This document shows positions 12,351 to 25,100 of a stretch of 64,000 nt of DNA, piece after piece; positions within the stretch are counted from its first letter, which is position 1, and each line of letters opens with the position of its first letter. The position numbers were made by a program, and so were the translations under genes. Source of the DNA: Amphiscolops sp. MND2022 (taxonomy: Eukaryota); contig OZ076409.1 in assembly GCA_964187785.1 (NCBI GenBank), positions 46,130,001 through 46,194,000 of the forward strand, in the 5' to 3' direction. The notes under the pieces were generated by a model. That model was not told the origin of the DNA. It searched no databases and worked only from the letters and a program-made list of their open reading frames with translations.

Positions 12351-13463
12351 TCAACAAGTAATTGGTACCTAGATTGATTTGAATGGCACAAGAATGAGAA
12401 AGAGGGAATATGTCTCCAAAGCTGAGAAAATGTTTTTTTTGCACAAAAATTAGTTATATTTTCCCAAAATTCAGTTTTTGACGAAATCCAGTTTTCTCAA
12501 AAGTCTCAATAGAAAAAACCAACCACATACCCTTCCACAGCAAGTCCTGGTGCAGCAAAGCCCAATAATATTCAGTTGTTAGTACTAGCCCCCGCGCAGC
12601 GGTGGCACCGGAAAAAGAAACTAAAATTCTGGAGAAGGGGGCAAGTCCTAAGGGTGACCTCTTTGATAATTTTTTGTTCCAGTGGAAAGTTTTCTAATAT
12701 TGTGGAAAAGACCTACAATTTTTTTCGGCACAGTGCGTCTTCGGAAAAATTCTTATTTGGTCAAAGAGTTATACCCCCTACAATTTCATAAAAGTTTTCG
12801 GCCTGAAAGAAGCGTTTGAGAAGTTTAAACCTCCTTTTTCGGCACTATGAGACTTTCTGGATTTTTTTCGAAAAAATATATATTTTTTAAAACTCAGTTT
12901 TTTGATGTTTGCAGTCTTTTTCGAGCATTATGGGTGTCTCTTCAGGTATTTTCCAGCACTGTAAATTTAATAAAATGTCACAATAGTGTCTCTTTCCATA
13001 TTTTAAAAATTTGATTCTCGTGACCCTTGAGCAGGCGCCGACTTGGGCCACTCCCAGCTTTTTTCAATTAGGTACCATTCGGCTGTCCAAATTAAATCAA
13101 ATAAAAGATGAAATCAAAAGTTGAATTGCGTTGGATGTCTGCTGCGACCACGTATTTTCGACCAGCCGAAGTTGTTACTGGCTTGAAACGATACTGAGAA
13201 ACTTAAATCAATTCTGCAATTGTGAAGTTTTAAAAGCCATGAATCATTCCAAGAAAAAATACAAGGTTGCAGGACATCTCATTCTATGTAATTTCAACCG
13301 TTGCCATTTCAACCTTGACAATTTCAACCTATTGCGTTTTCCACCTACTGCAATTTTGATCTCAACCACTCTTGACTAATTGATCCCATTGTTAGTTATT
13401 TTAGTTGGCGGTTTTCAATTTCATGCATTTATAAAATCAAATACACCATTTTCTTACCCAGTT

Positions 13464-14021
13464 TATAGTCGGCACTTCATGAAGTGAAACGCGACTATTA
13501 TAGTGACTTTTTTCAATCCACACGAACTGACCAAAATAGTTCTACAAAAGTTCTACGAAATATTATGGTGTCAAATTGAACTATTTGGCCTGGCGAACTG
13601 AACCAAAAAGATTTTTCCGCGTAACATACTGTACCGGGCAAGACTAAAGGGTCCACTTTCAGTTTTTTCGGCATTGTGACTTTTTTGAAAAAATTTTCCT
13701 CAAAGGGTACCCCTTGAAATTTTTGATGCTTGGCGACAGCTTGGATGTTGAAAAATCCCAAAAGGTCCCCTTTCATTTTTTTTCGGCATTGAGACTTTTT
13801 TTGCAAAAAAATCCCCAAAAGGTCCCCTTCAATTTCATGATGTTTTGCAACAATGGATGTTAAAAAATCTGAAAGTGTCCCCCTTTTAGCGCGCCAGGGG
13901 CGCCAATTCGGTTCAACTTTTGGGTTTTCCGGGTACTGTAAAAGAATACTTGACATTTTGAAGTCCTTTTGCTATTTTGGAGCCTTAAATATGGCGCCGA
14001 CTTATGCCGTTCCCGGCTTGT
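13464..14021 (+). mobile_element. Helentron/DINE-like element, family 1 variant
   Basis: Starts tagtcggcacttcatgaagtgaaacgcgacta and ends ggcgccgacttatgccgttcccggcttgtt. Confidence 0.65.
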
Positions 14022-14349
14022 TATCTTTTACGTTCATTTTGACTTTTTCATAATTAATTAACCATAATAAGACCCATTTGGCCCATCAATGACCATTGCA
14101 AGGATGAAACAATTCAATTGAGTTAGAAGCATTAAGCCAAAATTAGGTCAAAATTGCGAGGGGTTGAAATTTCAGAAAGTTGAATTAGTCAGCGGTTGAA
14201 ATGACATAGATCGAAGTTGCAGAGGACGAAATCTCCTGACACCCGGCTTTATTATCACACATTATCTTATGGTCTATAAAGAAAGTAGGTCAAAAGAATC
14301 CCTTTTCAACGAAAACTTTTTTGGTTGAAAAGAAAACCAAATACTAATA

Positions 14350-14845
14350 TAGGGCCCTGCAGGGCACACTATCATTTCTTCTTTTAGGCTTTCATCTTCA
14401 ATAATGGAAGCATATCTTAATCATTTATATAGCGCACAATTAATCACTACCAGTTTACACCTTTAACTCTTCTCGGACTAAAGTGAATATAACTACTAAG
14501 GGTAGATGAAGTTTCGCATGCGCATTTGAATGAATGCAGAGCTCTCGGTGAACGAATAATTAACACTCATTCGCTTCATCTCAATAACTCGGCGTACGAA
14601 AGCATATTACGAACATTCGCTCGCTTCATCTCAATGAGTTCGGCGTACGAACGCATAATTACCACTCGCTCGTTCTATCGCACGAGAAACGAATTGTCGG
14701 AAGCTTAAGAAATTTAAATCTCACGCTTATACTCACTGCCGAACAAAATATCTGATTTTTTCAGTATCACGATAAAAATTTTGCTGAAAAAAAGTGGAAA
14801 TCTTGAGGTTTCAATAATATTCCTGCTACCGCAGAAATAATAAAA
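14350..14845 (-). mobile_element. Helentron/DINE-like element, family 2 (duplicate at about 17245-17740)
   Basis: Hairpin gccctgcagggc, the same ~50-bp internal repeats, and end attcctgctaccgcagaaataat, as in 4522-5040. Confidence 0.6.
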
Positions 14846-15031
14846 ATTAAGAGTTCATATAATGACTATCTGTTCGAATACCTATTCAAATTTTCAATTC
14901 CAATTTCACCCATGAATATCTATTTCAAATTTCTGAAGTAATGAATATTCTTTCGAACCAATATAAATCATTCAATAGGAATGATCACAAGTGCTAATGA
15001 ACCAGTAGCAACTAAATTAGTTAAACTAATA

Positions 15032-15718
15032 AAAACAAGCCGGGACCGGCCCAAGTCGGCGCCATATCCAAGGCTCAAATATAGCAAAAAGACTTCCAAG
15101 TGTCAAGTATTCGTTTACAGTAGTCGAAAATCGAAAAATTTTCGAAAATTTTTTTTTGAAAAAATTACATACTAAAAAATGGACCGAGTGGCGCGCCGGG
15201 GCCCGCTAGCGCGAGCCCCTGGCGCGCTAAAGTCTCACAATGCCGAAAAACTGAAAGGGGGGACCCTTTGAGGTTTTTCAACATCCATTCTGTCGCAAAA
15301 CATGAAAAAATTGAAGAAAAAAAAATTTTTTCTTTTCGGGAGAAAATCTCACAATGCCGAAAAAAACTGAAAGGAGGAACTTTTTGGGATTTTCCAACAT
15401 CCATTCTGTCGCAAAACATCAAAAAAATGCAGGGGGGAGCCTTTGAGGAAAAAAAATTCGAAAAAAAAATCCGAAAAAAAATGTCTCGCAGTGCCGAAAA
15501 AAATTGAAAGGGGGGACTCTTTGGTCTCGCCCGGTATGATATGTTACGCGGAAAAACAGGTAAAACTATTTTGGTCCAGTTCGCTAGGCCAAATGGTGCT
15601 ATTTGACACCATAATATTTTGTAGAACTTTTAAGAACTATTTTGGTCAGTTCGTGTGGATAGAAAAAAAAAGAGTCACTATAATAGTCGCGTTTCACTTC
15701 ATGAAGCGCCGACTAAAA
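15032..15718 (-). mobile_element. Helentron/DINE-like element, family 1 variant (duplicate at about 17926-18610)
   Basis: aacaagccgggaccggcccaagtcggcgcc at one end and tagtcgcgtttcacttcatgaagcgccgactaaaa at the other. Confidence 0.65.
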
Positions 15719-15850
15719 ACTTGTCACTTGCTAAAAACACCACGAGCAAGAATTAAATGGAAGATTGCACACGCACAGTCTGCAAAACTAATTCAGGGTG
15801 AAAACGTCTCCTGACCACCGCTCACCAATAAAATTATCAAGGGTTCAAAG

Positions 15851-16283
15851 CAGTGATCTGTCGTGTATTACCGTAGCTTGTACCGTTACTCGAGTATTCA
15901 GTTAAAGATACAAGAGAATACATACACGATTGTTTTCCACAATACCGGAAAAGTTCTGCTTCTATTATAAATTATCGGACAGCGTGTAAACGTATAGAGT
16001 GAATGTCCTGAATGTATACAAAGTTTTGTAAATTTTAATTATCCCTGCTTCATCTGCTACTGTTGAAAGACTATTTTCTGTTGAAAGACCATTTTCAAGA
16101 CTATGTGGCTTGAGGACTTCCAATCGCCGTAATGAAACAGAACCCGAAACAATATATAAAAAGAAAAAAATACCGGTTACAATACTCTAGTATCTCTGAA
16201 TACCTACCGTTACATACACGAAATTTTGAATGTTATACTTAAAATACAGAGTACCGGAAACTTTTATACACGTCAAATCACTG
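15851..16283 (+). mobile_element. hAT deletion derivative
   Basis: TIRs cagtgatctgtcgtgta / tacacgtcaaatcactg. 8-bp TSD gttcaaag/cttcaaag. Internal LIIPASSATVERLFS matches the hAT C-terminal dimerisation motif. Confidence 0.85.
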
Positions 16284-18742
16284 CTTCAAAGAGACCTTTA
16301 TACAACAGCGCTATTCAATAATCTTGGAAAAATGCGACAGATGAAGCAAAGCAAAAATTTGAAGCCATGCGTATGCAAATCAAAATGCGCAATATAATTG
16401 CCATCATTTACCATTTTCTAAAGAACGGGGAAAATTTTACGTTCCGTTTTCTACCAATTTCCGTTCATTATAATTTTGATAACCTGGCGAACTGAACCAA
16501 AAAGATATTTCTGCGTAACATACTGTACCGGGCAAGACTAAAGGGTCCACTTTCAGTTTTTTCGGCATTGTGACTTTTTTTGAAAAAATTTTCCTCAAAG
16601 GGTACCCCTTGAAATTTTTGATGCTTGGCGACAGCTTGGATGTTGAAAAATCCCAAAAGGTCCCCTTTCATTTTTTTCGGCATTGAGACTTTTTTTGCAA
16701 AAAAAATCCCCAAAAGGTCCCCTTCAATTTCATGATGTTTTGCAACAATGGATGTTAAAAAATCTGAAAGTGTCCCCCTTTTAGCGCGCCAGGGGCGCCA
16801 ATTCGGTTCAACTTTTGGGTTTTCCGGGTACTGTAAAAGAATACTTGACATTTGGAAGTCCTTTTGCTATTTTGGAGCCTTAGATATGGCGCCGACTTAT
16901 GCCGTTCCCGGCTTGTTATCTTTTACGTTCATTTTGACTTTTTCATAATTAATTAACCATAATAAGACCCATTTGGCCCATCAATGACCATTGCAAGGAT
17001 GAAACAATTCAACTGAGTTAGAAGCATTAAGCCAAAATTAGGTCAAAATTGCGAGGGGTTGAAATTTCAGAAAGTTGAATTAGTCAGCGGTTGAAATGAC
17101 ATAGATCGAAGTTGCAGAGGACGAAATCTCCTGACACCCGGCTTTATTATCACACATTATCTTATGGTCTATAAAGAAAGTAGGTCAAAAGAATCCCTTT
17201 TCAACGAAAACTTTTTTGGTTGAAAAGAAAACCAAATACTAATATAGGGCCCTGCAGGGCACACTATCATTTCTTCTTTTAGGCTTTCATCTTCAATAAT
17301 GGAAGCATATCTTAATCATTTATATAGCGCACAATTAATCACTACCAGTTTACACCTTTAACTCTTCTCGGACTAAAGTGAATATAACTACTAAGGGTAG
17401 ATGAAGTTTCGCATGCGCATTTGAATGAATGCAGAGCTCTCGGTGAACGAATAATTAACACTCATTCGCTTCATCTCAATAACTCGGCGTACGAAAGCAT
17501 ATTACGAACATTCGCTCGCTTCATCTCAATGAGTTCGGCGTACGAACGCATAATTACCACTCGCTCGTTCTATCGCACGAGAAACGAATTGTCGGAAGCT
17601 TAAGAAATTTAAATCTCACGCTTATACTCACTGCCGAACAAAATATCTGATTTTTTCAGTATCACGATAAAAATTTTGCTGAAAAAAAGTGGAAATCTTG
17701 AGGTTTCAATAATATTCCTGCTACCGCAGAAATAATAAAAATTAAGAGTTCATATAATGACTATCTGTTCGAATACCTATTCAAATTTTCAATTCCAATT
17801 TCACCCATGAATATCTATTTCAAATTTCTGAAGTAATGAATATTCTTTCGAACCAATATAAATCATTCAATAGGAATGATCACAAGTGCTAATGAACCAG
17901 TAGCAACTAAATTAGTTAAACTAATAAAAACAAGCCGGGACCGGCCCAAGTCGGCGCCATATCCAAGGCTCAAATATAGCAAAAAGACTTCCAAGTGTCA
18001 AGTATTCGTTTACAGTAGTCGAAAATCGAAAAATTTTCGAAATTTTTTTTTGAAAAAATTACATACTAAAAAAATGGACCGAGTGGCGCGCCGGGGCCCG
18101 CTAGCGCGAGCCCCTGGCGCGCTAAAGTCTCACAATGCCGAAAAACTGAAAGGGGGGACCCTTTGAGGTTTTTCAACATCCATTCTGTCGCAAAACATGA
18201 AAAAATTGAAGAAAAAAAAATTTTTTTCTTTTCGGGAGAAAATCTCACAATGCCGAAAAAAACTGAAAGGAGGAACTTTTTGGGATTTTCCAACATCCAT
18301 TCTGTCGCAAAACATCAAAAAAATGCAGGGGGGAGCCTTTGAGGAAAAAAAATTCGAAAAAAAATCCGAAAAAAAATGTCTCGCAGTGCCGAAAAAAATT
18401 GAAAGGGGGGACTCTTTGGTCTCGCCCGGTATGATGTTACGCGGAAAAACAGGTAAAACTATTTTGGTCCAGTTCGCTAGGCCAAATGGTGCTATTTGAC
18501 ACCATAATATTTTGTAGAACTTTTAAGAACTATTTTGGTCAGTTCGTGTGGATAGAAAAAAAAGAGTCACTATAATAGTCGCGTTTCACTTCATGAAGCG
18601 CCGACTAAAAACTTGTCACTTGCTAAAAACACCACGAGCAAGAATTAAATGGAAGATTGCACACGCACAGTCTGCAAAACTAATTCAGGGTGAAAACGTC
18701 TCCTGACCACCGCTCACCAATAAAATTATCAAGGGTTCAAAG

Positions 18743-19175
18743 CAGTGATCTGTCGTGTATTACCGTAGCTTGTACCGTTACTCGAGTATTCAGTTAAAGA
18801 TACAAGAGAATACATACACGATTGTTTTCCACAATACCGGAAAAGTTCTGCTTCTATTATAAATTATCGGACAGCGTGTAAACGTATAGAGTGAATGTCC
18901 TGAATGTATACAAAGTTTTGTAAATTTTAATTATCCCTGCTTCATCTGCTACTGTTGAAAGACTATTTTCTGTTGAAAGACCATTTTCAAGACTATGTGG
19001 CTTGAGGACTTCCAATCGCCGTAATGAAACAGAACCCGAAACAATATATAAAAAGAAAAAAATACCGGTTACAATACTCTAGTATCTCCAAATACCTACC
19101 GTTACATACACGAAATTTTGAATGTTATACTTAAAATACAGAGTACCGGAAACTTTTATACACGTCAAATCACTG
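18743..19175 (+). mobile_element. hAT deletion derivative (copy inside the tandem duplication)
   Basis: Same TIRs, TSD and motif as 15851-16283. Confidence 0.85.
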
Positions 19176-21128
19176 CTTCAAAGAGACCTTTATACAACAG
19201 CGCTATTCAATAATCTTGGAAAAATGCGACAGATGAAGCAAAGCAAAAATTTGAAGCCATGCGTATGCAAATCAAAATGCGCAATATAATTGCCATCATT
19301 TACCATTTTCTAAAGAACGGGGAAAATTTTACGTTCCGTTTTCTACCAATTTCCGTTCATTATAATTTTGATAACCTCCGAGTTATAAGACTGTTGGCCG
19401 ACCAAGTACGTACCACACACAGTGAATATATATAACGGGGAAAAGTGACTTAATGAAAATTGTAATTTAATAAAACTTCAAATATTTCATTTCAGTAGAA
19501 TGAAACTTTCCACGGCTCAACTTTCACCAATAAAAAACTTTCACATGAGTTCTTGCGAGGCACTAAAAAGGCTAAAATGTCAAATGGCTTGGATGCTCTC
19601 ATGTGGTAATTTTTGGGGGGCATAATTGGAGGACTACTTTACCGTAGACCAGTGTGTATCAAACATCAATGGCCATTAATTCCTACAGTCTACTTGGAAA
19701 AAAAATAGCTATTAATGGTAAATTTAAAAATCAAAAATTCAAATTTTTCCATTAACGGCAAAACGAGTCGCTCTAAGATTCCACATCTGAGCTTGTAATA
19801 ACATTTTCGAAAGTCATTTCATTCCAAAACTTGTGGTTGCCACTGAGGAATAATTCTCAAGTCTCTGTTGATAAACTTCCGATAATCATCAATTGTGAAA
19901 AACCCACTTTTTTGCGGCAACAATCAGAGATTCAACAAAATCAGATTCTGTCGATTTAGGTTATTTCCAATTCCAAGATTTTTGATGGGACACGCCAATA
20001 ATTTGCATGTTTTGAAATGAAAAACATGGTTTACTTGCAGTTTATTCTGTGTCTAAGCTAAAACTGTCTGAGCTAAAAAAAAAATTCGTATTTCTCAGAA
20101 AAAGACATGTTCCATTAGCGCGTGTATTCATGAATAATTAATGGTAAATATAACCAATTTTTCCATTAAGGAATTGTTTCAAAATCCCTTTTTATTTCAG
20201 CATTCATTTCAACACAGAGGCGAAGTCGTACTTCGCAAACACTTGCGAAAAAAATTGTGAACTTGAAGAAAACCAAATAAGCAATATCATACGGAGAACC
20301 AAGGGTAAAAGGACATTGCTAAAATTTCATCAATTTTACAGCGCCAAAAATACCCGAAGGGATACGCATAAATCTCGAAAGCCATTCTTCCCCAACTGGA
20401 AACAACAAAAACCCATCTTTCTCAACCGAAAACGTTATTTAAAAAAAACCCAGAAAATTAGGGAATTTTTCGAAAAAATTTTTTGAAGGTTTCCGATAAG
20501 TCGCATAGTGCCGAAAACCTTGAGGAGTCCTTTACGCTCGCAAAACGTTTCGTTCCTTGTAAAAATTGAGTGGGGCTTCGATGAGAACGAATTTTAAAAA
20601 AGTCGCATATAAAAAACACCGGTCTTTAAATAAACGAAAATCGGATATAACGTGCTGGGCCTGAGAAAACCTAATTTGAAGACAAAAATTATTATTTTTC
20701 AAAAATCTCACAATGCCAAAAACTGTCCTCTTGTACAGTTTTTGGCATTGTGAGATTTTTGAAAAATAATAATTTTTGTCTTCAAATTAGGTTTTCTTTG
20801 AGATTTTTTAACATCCATTCTGTTGCAAAATTTCAAAAAAAACTGAAGAGAGACCGTTTGGAGTCTTTCGAAAAATTTTCGAAAAAGCAAAAAATGAAAA
20901 ATTTCGACAGTCTCATAGTGCCGAAAAATCTGAAAAGAGGGACCCTTTGGGATTTTCTAACATTCGTTCTGTTGCAAAATATCAAACAAATTGAAGGGAG
21001 GACACTTTGACGACACAAAAAAATTTTCGAAAAAAAGTCTCACAAAGCCGAAAAAGGGGTGCCCACAGTTCCCACAGTGCCGAAAAAAGTGAAAACCTTC
21101 TGCTTCGGAATACTTGTAAGAAATTAGA

Positions 21129-21200
21129 GCATACGCACGGGTTCGAACACGAAACCTCCAGGGTTGAAAAGCAAACATCTGACCACTAGACCACGAACGC
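21129..21200 (-). pseudogene. tRNA-derived sequence (Glu-TTC-like) inside a repeat
   Basis: 72 nt on the minus strand with acceptor stem gcgttcg/cgtatgc, A-box TGGTCTAGTGG, D-arm gtct/agat and B-box GTTCGAACC. The anticodon stem does not pair. Confidence 0.55.
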
Positions 21201-21699
21201 GTGAACTGTGCGACTTGCCGCGTGAAACGAGAGTTGTTGCCCGGAAAAAAAAGCGCCCGCACTTTCCCATAACACTTGCATTTCTCCAATTGACTGTTTT
21301 TGGTCAATCTTTCAAAACGAAATGGTTCGTTAACGAATAGAAGCGAAAGGGTAAAATAGCAATATCAAAAGCCGCGGTTTGTATTTGAAAAACTGTTTAG
21401 GGATTTCTATTGAAACAGGCCAAATCACAGTTCAAAAAGTTTACCTAAATGATAAAAAAGTAATTTCTAGATGGAACATTCGGGTCCTCAATATCATGAT
21501 TTTCCAACTGATATCTATTAATCATGGATGATCGTCAAAAATCAGCTGCTGGATTTTGATTTTTTCAATAAAGAAGCTGTAACGTGCAGTAAAATGCGGA
21601 ACAAACCTGATCCGTTGGTGCAGTTGCGTCTGAGTTGTTCAAGGTTTGAATTAGCAGCAAGTGAGAGTGGCTGGCTAGAACTGGAACGACTGGCTAGAG

Positions 21700-22410
21700 A
21701 CGGAGCAAAAAGTTAGTGTGCCTCTGGAAGACGAAGTGGGTGGAAAATCCCAACTGAGCAATATAGGGCCTTTTTCAGGCGAGCGATGCTATGGAAAGCA
21801 GGACAACACCTGATGATACTTGACGGCATCCGCAAATTGGTGGCGTCTCGTTGAAATGCAGTCTTAAAGTAACTACAAATTTTTTATTAGACTAATTCTA
21901 TTCTCAAGGGCGTAAATTTTGTAGCAAAGATCCTTCTGGAAGCCTGTAGATTGCCATGTATGTGAAGCATCAGCTGCCCACAGTTACAATACAATGTTAT
22001 CTAGCAACTCGGAACGTTGCGGGAATTTCAATTGCACTACTTCATGCGTTAACATCTCCAGACGTATTTAGCTGTGCCCTCAAGGGACAATATCAAGTCG
22101 ATGTTGTTGCATGTCGGCCTGGATTTAGCTACCATTGTATGTGCCTCCTGCAGTCTACTTAATGTCAAAATACGGTAGCTTCCTTCAGGTGGCCTCTTTG
22201 CACATCGGCAACACTAGTGTATCACAGAGGCAATGATGCATCGAATTTGAGAAACTCTTTTAGTTGTCAAACAAATCGTCTCCTGCAATCGAAACATATC
22301 TCTATCCAAACATCTATTGTTTACTCCACCAGAGCCTGGTTACATCTTCCAGAGAATCATACCCTTCAAAGGCCTAAAGCTAAACTCGACGATTTCTTTA
22401 ATAAATAGGC
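21700..22410 (+). pseudogene. Decayed 3' part of a LINE RT ORF
   Basis: Motif echoes only: AWLHLPE...KAKLDDFF resembles the WNxLP...KxKLD C-terminus of CR1/L2-type ORF2. Many stops. Confidence 0.35.
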
Positions 22411-22578
22411 GGAGACCCATGAATATTTGCCTTTTTGATTTATCAAGGAGGTTTTCTTCTTTCTTATATCCGGAGTAAAAAGGTGATAGCGAAAATACAT
22501 CAAAATTAGACATCAAAGATAGATGTGTTGTGACACGAAATCTGGTGTATGTACAATCTTTACAAACAATTCAGCAAT

Positions 22579-22763
22579 TTACATTAATGAAAATTTTCGC
22601 TTGAAGTTCTGAGCAGTCACCAAAGCCAGCTTGGAAGGTATTTCCTGTCCAGACATCAAGGAGTACACATCTTTTGTAGAGACTATAAGCGCCCCCAAGT
22701 CATTTAGCTTTTTCTTAGTGTCTGCAATTCCATTTTTATCAACGCCCCTGCAAGCATCTTCCA
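22579..22763 (-). CDS. Naam: Nicotinamidase last coding exon
   Basis: gttttag acceptor in a phase that restores VVEDACRGVD. TAA stop at 22579-22581. The four-exon model is 927 nt, or 308 aa. Confidence 0.9.
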
Positions 22764-22962
22764 CTAAAACATCAAAGAGTATGGTAAAATTCTACTGTTT
22801 ATACCCTAGAAATGACCCCATTTACGGGAAGCATGCCAGACAAACATGCATGTACATGCCTCGCTGCAAATTAACGACTTGGAGGCAACGCCTTCTTTAA
22901 CCATAATAGCAATTTTATAGCTATCGATACAATTTCGATGCTATTATGTGATGCCCAATCGT

Positions 22963-23396
22963 CTGGGGTGTGGGATTTTTAGACCGTGGACCGAAACCCG
23001 TAGTGCCAAACCGTAACCCGTAAACCGTAGTTGTGAAAAAAGCGAACCGTACACTTTTGAGAAATACGAGCGAATTGTTTTATACATTTAACAGCAGTGT
23101 TTCTGTGAAAATTTTGGAGCGAATTCAATTGTTCATTCTCAAATAAGAACGTCTTTAAAAGACGAATTCGTTCAAAATTTTTTAACGCTATAATTTGCAG
23201 AGGGCGTTCCCTCAAATGCTTTTTTGGGGCAAGAAACATGAGTGCTTTGAAAACACCATTACAAAGATTTTTGATGAAGAAATTTAAATACTTCTGAAGC
23301 AAAAGTGTTTTTCAAACCGTACGCTAAAACCGTAAACCGTAGACGATAACCCGTAAACCGTAATTTCAATTCAAACCGTACGGTTCCACACCCCAG
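22963..23396. mobile_element. hAT-type MITE in the nicotinamidase intron
   Basis: TIR ctggggtgtgg / ccacaccccag. Perfect 8-bp TSD ccaatcgt. Subterminal aaaccgt repeats. Confidence 0.9.
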
Positions 23397-23673
23397 CCAA
23401 TCGTTCATTAAATTTCAGCTGAAATCTGAAGACAGTTTTCATTTTGACAGCAAAATCAGGCAATATTGTCGTGGGTAAAATGAAATTTGCAATGAAGTTC
23501 GTTTTTCTGAGAAATATAAGCCTTCGCTCTGTACGCATTTACTGTTTAAATATGGTTATTCGACCAAATATGGTTATCCCATACAGGTTATGTGTTACAT
23601 TTTACATTTGATTGTCGGTTTAATGAGCGTCCCGCTTACGAGAATGATAAAAGTTTCAGGAGCAATCGCTTAC

Positions 23674-24101
23674 CAACTATGACACGGAAATTGTGTTTGC
23701 AAGCATGTGTTGCAGTGAAATTTACACAAACGTCAGTAGCCAGACCTCCGATATACACATCAGTGACTTGTCTCTGCCTCAGTTGATCCAACAAACCCGT
23801 GGGGGTAATATCCCCGTTATCCCAGAAGGCGGAATAAGATTCTGATTTGGGTTGGCATCCCTTGAATATGTTAATTGCCCCGTCCACAATCTTCAAATCC
23901 TTATGCAGCTTGGCACCTTCTGAGCCCTGAACACAGTGAATCGGCCACAAAGTCTGGGTCAGAGGCGGTTTACCTTCGAAAACCACCTGGTCAAACAATT
24001 TAATGTTTTCCCAGTCACCGATGTTTGGCTCCACAAGCATATTTTTGTAGATTGATAGGTTCGGGTGGAATGATATGTGGTTTTTAGGATGCCAATCATG
24101 A
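23674..24101 (-). CDS. Naam: Nicotinamidase exon
   Basis: tttttag acceptor, then SHDWHP (metal ligands), LWPIHCVQ, IFKG (catalytic Lys), SYSAF and GLATDVCV (catalytic Cys). Ends GTT G|gtaagc, phase 1. Confidence 0.93.
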
Positions 24102-24248
24102 CTAAAAAAGTACCTTCATGTCAAAACTAAATATCTACAGCCCAAAGCCAAAACCAAAGCATACTTGCAAAAATGGTCGAAATCCTAGAAATCCATATAA
24201 ATTGGTTTCATGTTTACCTAAAGAAACTACAAACTAAGATCGACCAAC

Positions 24249-24505
24249 CTGTATACAACATGATCAAAAGATATATTTTCCAGAATTTCGTTAAGGACTG
24301 GAACAACTTCGGCACCATCTTCTTGAGCAGGGCAATTTGACAAAGCCAGCGATCCAGAAATGAAATCATTTTGGACGTCAACAGCGATGAAGGCAGTTAC
24401 TGGCTTCAAAATTGGGTTAACGAAATTGAACCACACAACTTCGAACTGTTGCTCACTCAGAGAAGTTTCGCGAACTTTTACTAAGCAATCGGCAATTTTT
24501 GGCAC
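24249..24505 (-). CDS. Naam: Nicotinamidase exon
   Basis: Encodes AFIAVDVQNDFISGSLAL (catalytic Asp) and EVVPVLNEIL...FDHVVY. Ends TAC AG|gttggt, phase 2. Confidence 0.9.
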
Positions 24506-24561
24506 CTAAAGAAAAAAAACATGTTCATTCATTCTAGCTCAGTGAGTGGAGTGGAGCATAC

Positions 24562-24618
24562 GTTAATATCATTTACAAAACATAGAAGAAAAGCGGAGTT
24601 TTGGATATACTTGCCCAT
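24562..24618 (-). CDS. Naam: Nicotinamidase, putative first coding exon (MGKYIQNSAFLLCFVNDIN)
   Basis: ATG at 24618, 19 codons, GTATGC donor in phase 0, matching the tttctttag acceptor at 24506-24507 (56-bp intron). No homology support for this exon; the true 5' end may be further upstream. Confidence 0.45.
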
Positions 24619-24656
24619 TATTCTAGTGCAACTGAATAGTTCAGATCCATTATAAC

Positions 24657-25089
24657 CTGGGGTGTGGAACCGTACGGGTTGAATTGAAATTACGGTTTAC
24701 GGGTTGTCGTCTACGGTTTACGGTTTCAGGGTACGGTTTGAAAAAACACGTTCGCTTCAGAAGTATTTCACTTTCTTCAAAAGTAGTTGTTATGTTATCA
24801 AAGCACTCATGTTTCTTGCCCCAAAATAGCAAGTGAGGGAACGCCCTCTGCAAATTATAGCGTAAAAATAAAATATTTTCAACGAAATCGTCTTTCAAGG
24901 ACGCTCTTATTTGAGAATCAGCAATTGAACTCAATACAAAATTTTCTTTTTCTTAGAAACACTGCTGTTAAATGTATAAAACAATTCGCTCGTATTTCTC
25001 AAATGTGTACGGTTCGCTTTTTTCACAACTACGGTTTACGGTTTAGCACTACGGGTTTCGGTCCACGGTCTGAAAATTTCACACCCCAG
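24657..25089. mobile_element. hAT-type MITE, same family, inverted relative to 22963-23396
   Basis: TIR ctggggtgtg / cacaccccag. Perfect 8-bp TSD attataac. Confidence 0.9.
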
Positions 25090-25100
25090 ATTATAACATA

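Larger units (their letters stand above)
13589..19377. repeat. Near-identical ~2.9-kb tandem duplication (13589-16485 and 16483-19377)
   Basis: Matching ORFs are offset by 2895 bp (13853/16748, 14526/17421, 14981/17876). CCT is shared at all three junctions. Confidence 0.95.

Noticed and set aside
21129..21200. Functional tRNA-Glu gene
   Set aside because: The anticodon and T stems do not pair properly and the sequence sits inside a dispersed repeat.
22579..24505. Bacterial contamination or recent horizontal transfer of pncA
   Set aside because: It has GT-AG introns, a metazoan-style N-terminal segment and eukaryotic transposon flanks.
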